Assembly (NCBI GenBank): GCA_951406725.2
Contig: OX597815.1
Span: 203,608,001 to 203,672,000, forward strand
Reading direction: 5' to 3'
DNA: 64,000 nucleotides
DNA from: Octopus vulgaris
Lineage: Eukaryota
Made by a program: the position numbers and the translations under genes. Numbering within the stretch: the first letter of the stretch is position 1; each line of letters starts with the position of its first letter. The notes under the pieces were generated by a model. The model did not search any database, was not told the DNA's origin, and worked only from the letters and a program-made list of their open reading frames with translations. Positions 57,035 to 64,000 of the stretch are shown here, one piece after another.

Positions 57035-57360
57035 TGAGACCCCCTTCGGTCATGACTGACCATGTGATTGCACCTAGAAAGTTACCGTCCAAGGCACAAG
57101 TCCGAACAATGATGTTTATGGAAGGCCAGCAGTCGCCCATGCATACCGGCCTCCCCTCTCTACGCCACCGATGTTATCCAAAGGGGCCGATACAGCTTGG
57201 CACATATGATATCGCAACTCATTTCTACAGCTGAATGAACTGAAGCAACGTGAAATAAAGTGTCTTGCTCAAGAACACAACACGCAGCCCGATCACAGAT
57301 TCGAACTCACAACCTCACGATCGTAAGCTCGACGCTCTAACCACTGACCCATGCGCCTTC
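57035..57360 (-). mobile_element. tRNA-derived SINE, family D (CORE-like)
   Basis: Minus-strand head gtgaaggcgcatgggtcagtggttagagcgtcgagcttacgatcgtgaggttgtgagttcgaatc, followed by cttgagcaagacactt. Confidence 0.8.
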
Positions 57361-57721
57361 ACACAACACAAACACACTAAGGACAACAAAACAAAACACC
57401 ACATTTTAAATCAACTTGGGTCCACATCTCAATTTAAATCAACTTGATTTAAAGTAATCTGTTATTATCAAAAATGTAAGAGGCTTAGTGCCTCATTTGT
57501 AAGGACCTTGGGTCCAATCGAATTAACGTAAGAAGTTTATAACCTCAATTTGTTAAAAAAAGAAACGAAGAACAATGTTTTCGAGAAGCAGCGATCGCCG
57601 GGTGTCGCTTGCATTCCCTCAACAATTTCATTATTTGCTTCATCAGTCATTCATCTTGTGATTTGTCCAGCCCGCAGCTACTACCTCCGTGTACGGCGTT
57701 TATAGCCAATTAAATGAAATA

Positions 57722-57864
57722 AAGTAGCTTGCGTACCAACCACATGGTCCTGGGTTCACTCTCACTGCGTGGCACATTGGGCGAGTGTCTTCTATTATAG
57801 CCTCGGGTCGACCAAAGCCTTGTGGGTAGATTTGGTAGACGGAAACTGAAAGAAGCCCATGGTT

Positions 57865-57912
<48 letters not shown>

Positions 57913-58115
57913 TGTCTATGATTGTCCCCCCCACCCAATATCACTTGACAGCCGATGCTGGTGTGTTTATGTCCCCGTAACTTAGCGGTTCGACAAAAGA
58001 CCCCAATAGAATAATTACTAGGCTTACAAAGAATAAGTCCTGGGGTCGATTTGCTCGACTAAAGGCGGTGCTCCAGCATGGCCGCAGTCAAATGACAAAC
58101 AAATAAAAGAATAAA
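57722..58115 (+). mobile_element. SINE family C (5'-truncated) with internal (TA)n(TG)n
   Basis: Homologous to 58173-58590 and 63450-63945. Confidence 0.88.
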
Positions 58116-58133
58116 AATTATATAAATGCATAT

Positions 58134-58172
<39 letters not shown>

Positions 58173-58176
<4 letters not shown>

Positions 58177-58347
58177 CGCAGGAGTGGCTGTGTGGTAAGT
58201 AGCTTGCTTATGAACTACATGGTTCCGGGTTCAGTCCACTGCGTGGCATCTTGCGCAGATGTCTTCTACTATAGCCTCGGGCCGACCAAAGCCTTGTGAG
58301 TGGATTTGGTAGACGGAAACTGAAAGAAGCCTGTCGTATGTATGTAC

Positions 58348-58379
<32 letters not shown>

Positions 58380-58590
58380 TTGTGTGTCTGTGTTTGTCCC
58401 CTAGCATTGCTTGACAACCGATGCTGGTGTGTTTACGTCCCCGTAACTTAGCGGTTCGACAAAAGACCCCGATAGAATAAGTACTGGGCTCACAAAGAAT
58501 AAGTCCTGGGGTCGATTTGCTCGACTAAAGGCGGTGCTCCAGCATGGCCGCAGTCAAATGACTGAAACAAGTAATAAGTAAAGTAATAAG
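58173..58590 (+). mobile_element. SINE family C, full length
   Basis: tRNA-like head, CORE-like segment, internal microsatellite, short-repeat tail (gtaataa). Confidence 0.9.
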
Positions 58591-58684
58591 TAATATATAG
58601 GTAAATGCTTCGAGCTGTGCGGACAATACCGGAGTGAGTTGGTGCTTCAACTTAAGTACCTAATTCAACTGAATCTCAATTATT

Positions 58685-58762
<78 letters not shown>

Positions 58763-58764
58763 TG

Positions 58765-58918
58765 CGGAGATGTACATGCATAGCAAGTGACGTGATCTGA
58801 GATCGTGTGCTGGAACGAAAACAATTTCAGCGTGGAAGATGTTTATAAGCTATTTAAGAAAGACACAAAAACCGTCAGATTCACTTCACTTAAATTTAAT
58901 TTGTCAAAATATTTTCGT
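58765..58918 (-). mobile_element. Second partial copy of the 380-775 element
   Basis: Aligns with 567-723; ends inside the hammerhead stem II; between (TA)n and (CA)n. Confidence 0.7.
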
Positions 58919-58928
58919 GTGTGTATAT

Positions 58929-58989
<61 letters not shown>

Positions 58990-58998
58990 CACATATAT

Positions 58999-59165
58999 AA
59001 CTTATAAACAAGGGCAAAAGAAAAATTATTTCTATTAGACCTTAAATCGTGAATTTTAAGTCTGTTCTCAGCATATTGGCATAGAAATAATTTTCCTTTT
59101 GCCTTTGTTTATAAGTTGCTTATAATTTTAACCTTTAAATGTATTTTAATATGCTAACACTTTTG
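58999..59165. mobile_element. Fold-back element: 37-bp inverted arms (58999-59035/59081-59117) plus one-sided extension
   Basis: aacttataaacaagggcaaaagaaaaattatttctat and its complement with two mismatches; (TA)n flanks. Confidence 0.55.
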
Positions 59166-59230
59166 ATATATATATATATATATATTTGTGTGTATGAGCT
59201 ACATATTTAGGCATAAAGCACAGAATATAT

Positions 59231-59700
59231 TAAGGCGGGTTAAAAAAAGTTCACGCACGTAACTGTAAATACAAGCATACAAGTGAAACACCCACACATG
59301 GGAGTGGGCAGCAGCCAGCTAAGTGAGTTAAGGACATTCTTTGACACTGATCGTCTTCCTCTACAACCAACTTCCGCAAGTAGTTTTTCGGAAATTTCCC
59401 TTGTGCAATTTTGGTCATAGGCGTAATCCCACAGCTTTCGATAAAACGCTTACTCATGCATCAATCATCCCCTAAGCGTCTAGAGGCTTCTGCTAGTTGT
59501 ATACCAATCTCCGATCGAAGCAGTACAATATTTAATACGCCTTCTACTAAAGTTATCATTAAATCAAGCAGGCTATTGTTCTGTATTCCGTTTATATATC
59601 AGGTATCCTGTGAGGCTTGAGCCGCCTCAAGAGGATCTGTTTTCTTTCTGGGTTTAATCAGTCCTTAGGTAGCTGTTTCCTATTTCCCCAGTTTACTTCT
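59231..59700 (-). mobile_element. Possible old mariner relic
   Basis: TIR-like taaggcgggttaaaaaaagttcacgcac; fragments DRRL, QLAEA, LGDD.CMSK on the minus strand. Confidence 0.3.
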
Positions 59701-61149
59701 TTTCTCTACCCACTGCAAAACAAACAAAGAAGTTGTGTTGTCACTATAACCTCTGGCCAACTTTGTAACCTCTAGAGCTCTCTAGAGCTGGAAGCGCTTA
59801 GAATGAGCCGATTTAGATTGTTTCCATCCCAGATAATACCGGATCTGCGAACAGGAGTGCAGTGGTTTTGCTAATGTCAACTGTCCCACTCGTTTCTGCG
59901 TACTATAAAAACATTATATGCGCATAAATATATGGCACACCAGCCTCTGTCTCTCTCCCCTTCTTGTACGTTTTGTATTTTCTTACTTCACATCTCTATG
60001 TGTCTGAATTCGAACTTCTCTCTTTATGCTTGATTAATTATTCAACAGCACATTTGTTTAGATTACTGCAAACACTGCTGTAAGTACCTCTTTCTGGCAC
60101 TTCTGAAGTGGTCATTTTACAACGCGCATAAATACTGAGAGTGACAATTTGTCAAAATTTCTGCATTGCTTATGAATGTCTAAAACCAGGCTTTTCCTCT
60201 ACTTAGTATATTGGGGTAGGTGATCAAGTGTATGGAAGTCCATTATGCTAAAATAAATAAATAAATAAAAAAGGAACATACACACCTAAAACTTCTTTTT
60301 CATACCAGGAAGAAATGTACGCGTAGATCTCTGAAACGGAGGAAACAACAATAAAAATGATATGTAAATTTGACACTACGCCACAGATTTGAGGAGAGGG
60401 AGATCGAATCGAAGCTAAGTTTCGACTTGTGGTTAAGTGTATTGTTGTCGACTGCAAAATGTTGAACCCCCCCCCCAAAAAAAAGGAAAAAATTTAGCGG
60501 TATCTCATCTCCAACGAAACCTCAAGTTCAAATCCTGTTTATTAAGTAATGAAAATATTGAAACACTTGTTCCAATAAACTTATAACTTATTATTCATTA
60601 TGCCGTTGTTTTTGTTTTTTTTTGTTTTTGTTTTCATTTACTATGATGTATAAAGTACCAGCTGAACACGAGTTTCGATTTAATCTGTTGGCCTCCTCCC
60701 TACAAGTTTCAGGCTTCGTGTCTAAAGTAGAAAAAAATATGTTTTGCATTATTTAAAATATTTGTACAAGCTGTAGCTAAGTCTCAACTAAAAACGTCAT
60801 TGAACTACAAAATTTTGCATCGAAAAATGCTAAGTGAGGTACCATGCAGCTGAAAAAATTGATATCTGCTTATGAAAGAATATTTATGACATTTATAAGG
60901 CGGTAAGTTGACAGAATCATAAGCGTGGCGAATAAAATTCTTTGTGGAATTTATTCCGTTTCTTTAAGTTTTGAGTTCAGATTCCGCCGAAATCGACTTT
61001 GCATTTAATCCTTTTGTAGTCGATAAAACAGATTCCAGTTAAATACAGGGTGTTATTGACTTAACACGCTCCCTGAAACTTGCTAGTTCTATGCCAAACG
61101 TTTTGAAACAATCATCATTTTTGATGTTGCTGTTGTTCATGTTACAATG

Positions 61150-61430
61150 AAAGTGTGTGGCTCAGTGATTAGGGGTATTCGGCTCACAATACAACCGTCA
61201 TGAGTTCGATTCCAGTCGGCACGTTGTATCCTTGAACAACACACTTTATTTCATTTTGCTCCAGTCCACGCAGGTACAATGAATTGTACCTGTAATAAAA
61301 TGGGCCAGCCTTGTCATGCTGAATCACCCCGAAAGCGTCGTTAATAGTATGCGTGCACGTTAATTTCACGAGCAGGCTGTTTTATCGATCGGATCAACTG
61401 GCAACTTTTTCGTGATAACCTACGGAGTAC
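61150..61430 (+). mobile_element. Older SINE related to family A
   Basis: tRNA-like head; 3' half (gggccagccttgtca...gcacgttaatttcacgagcaggctg...acggagt) shared with family A. Confidence 0.75.
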
Positions 61431-61433
61431 TAA

Positions 61434-61797
61434 TCTTTATATATAAAAGTGAAGTTGTGTGTCTGTCTCCTACAATTTAAATTCCTAACTACTCCCACAT
61501 TTAGCGGTGCAGTGTAACCGAAAGCGTGATTCATATCGAGCCCTTCTGGGTATTAGCGCACGTCTACGATGAGTCTACGATTAAAAAAAAAATTTACCAT
61601 CATTTTTTCCCATTTTTAATGCATTTTTTTTGCTATTATATAAAATGTATTATTAAATCTCAGAACGTAAAAAGCTACAGTAACACCCCTCCCTTTGTGG
61701 TTAGCCATATTGAGATGGCTATTATACTTTACATCTCTAAAAATACTTTATAGTTATTTCCCTTACAAACCCGAGCAACGCCGGGCGATACTGCTAG
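61434..61797 (+). mobile_element. Non-autonomous Helitron
   Basis: 5' TC, 3' CTAG, subterminal hairpin cccgagcaacgccggg, inserted between host A and T with no TSD. Confidence 0.88.
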
Positions 61798-62419
61798 TTA
61801 ATGCTAAAACTATTACTCTTGTTGCTGTTGTCTACTATGAAGAGACACCTGTAATACATTTCAAGGAAGATTTGAATTTCACCCCGTTTCATTTTAAGAT
61901 AAAAAAAACCCATTAAAAACATATGACAGTTAAAAAAGAATTTGGAAGAAGTCCGTGTGTCTTGTATAATGCGATGAACGAGAATGAGTTAAGGTGATAA
62001 GTGAAGCTGGTATTCCACCCACCAACACACAAAGTGGTATTGCTTAATAAGGGGAAGCGAAATACAAAACGTCACGAATAGATTACGTTGAGATCGACGT
62101 TAAGCACTGGTTCATCATCACTTTTGCAGTGGAAATCAGATAGGATCTACATTTACTTACTGTTCCTTGTGAACCTCGAAGACTACAAGCCTATCTTGGA
62201 GGTGTACCGTTTTCTGTGAGCAGAAAGGAGAATAAACAAATCGAGGAGAGGAAAGGAGGACTGTTATGTGGAGCACTTGAACGATAGACTATAGGAAAAC
62301 CCATATTTTTTGCTTAATCCAAGGATATATACATATACATACATATATACGTGTGTGCGTATATATGTGTATATAATACATATATGCACACATATACCCC
62401 CTCATATACATATATGTAT

Positions 62420-62476
<57 letters not shown>

Positions 62477-63449
62477 AATGTATATATAGCTGTGTATGCG
62501 TGTATGTAGTGTCTTTGAGAACAATTCTTTCTGTTTATTCAATCCACATTGTGATATAGTCATAGTACCAATTGCCTGTACTCTTAGGATTTCGTGTAGA
62601 TGATTAAGAGTGTACTGTATAGTTTCATTTTAGCCTATGTAAGTATGTATGTATGTATGTAATTGCATATACATAAATGTCAAGATATACATGTTTCCGT
62701 ACACTTTCCTCCTCCATCAAATTCCACTCGCAAGACATAGGTCAATCTGGTGCTATGATAGAAAACACTTTTGCAAGATGCTGTGAAGTGGGACCGAATA
62801 CAGAAGCACAAAATGGCGAAGCGAACTTCTAAACCACTGAATAATGCCGTTTCCAACCTGCTGTACTCTGGAGCAAGAAGTAATCTGCTCGTTATTCAGC
62901 AAATGACACTACGGGTGTTCGTCTTGCCACCCAAAACATATCAAAGTTACCTAATATTCTTATGCTTTGAGGTCATTATCTATACAAAAAATTGCTAAGA
63001 AATTACTGAGAAAGGAAGTAATTGCTTCAGGCGACAGGAAGCTAGACTGGTTAGTTTGTTTATAGAATTTAGATGAGTATTTCCTTGTCTTTTGTTCAGA
63101 TACTTCCGGACAGTAGAGAAGCAATGTCCGGTCATAAGTTCAGTTCCCTTGCTGGCACTTCGTTTTCTTTCTTTTTTTATTTCGCATTTTATTTGATAGG
63201 TGCAAGCATGGACAAACGGTTAGGAAGTTCGATTAGTTATCAGAGGCTTCTTGCTTCATTTTCAGTCCTCAATGTCTTGCTCGCCTCCCAGTGTAGGCTT
63301 ATATTCATTCAACGATTGTGAGTGAAAATACTGAGTGCTGCATATGTATTTGCCCATTGATCATTTTATCATAAAATAAAATGTTTTAGGTTTTAGTAAA
63401 TGAAAATCTATAGGTTGTTTGTTACATTTATTGACAATATTATATATAT

Positions 63450-63945
<496 letters not shown>

Positions 63946-64000
63946 AAATATATTTACAATTCAAAATGTCCACCATTTGCTTTCACCCCAACTCTTAGTT

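Overview
AT-rich animal genomic DNA with no intact protein-coding gene, rRNA, genuine tRNA or CRISPR array that I can support. Almost all ORFs in the track are translated microsatellites or pieces of transposable elements. The SINE families and extreme microsatellite load resemble Octopus (coleoid cephalopod) DNA; this is recognition from memory, not a database result. Contents: at least four tRNA-derived SINE families, relics of CR1-like, RTE-like and CRE-like LINEs, a Penelope-like element (GIY-YIG), mariner, hAT and piggyBac-like MITEs, and a non-autonomous Helitron. Most notable: (1) short microsatellite-anchored, Penelope-related elements with fold-back ends and minimal hammerhead-ribozyme variants, one with a compensated G3-C8 core; (2) a tailless SINE variant whose 3' end sits at GTAYT inside a related SINE in all five cases; (3) a TE-poor block at 33-47 kb with mirror-image strand skew around a promoter-like core; (4) several long, near-perfect inverted repeats.
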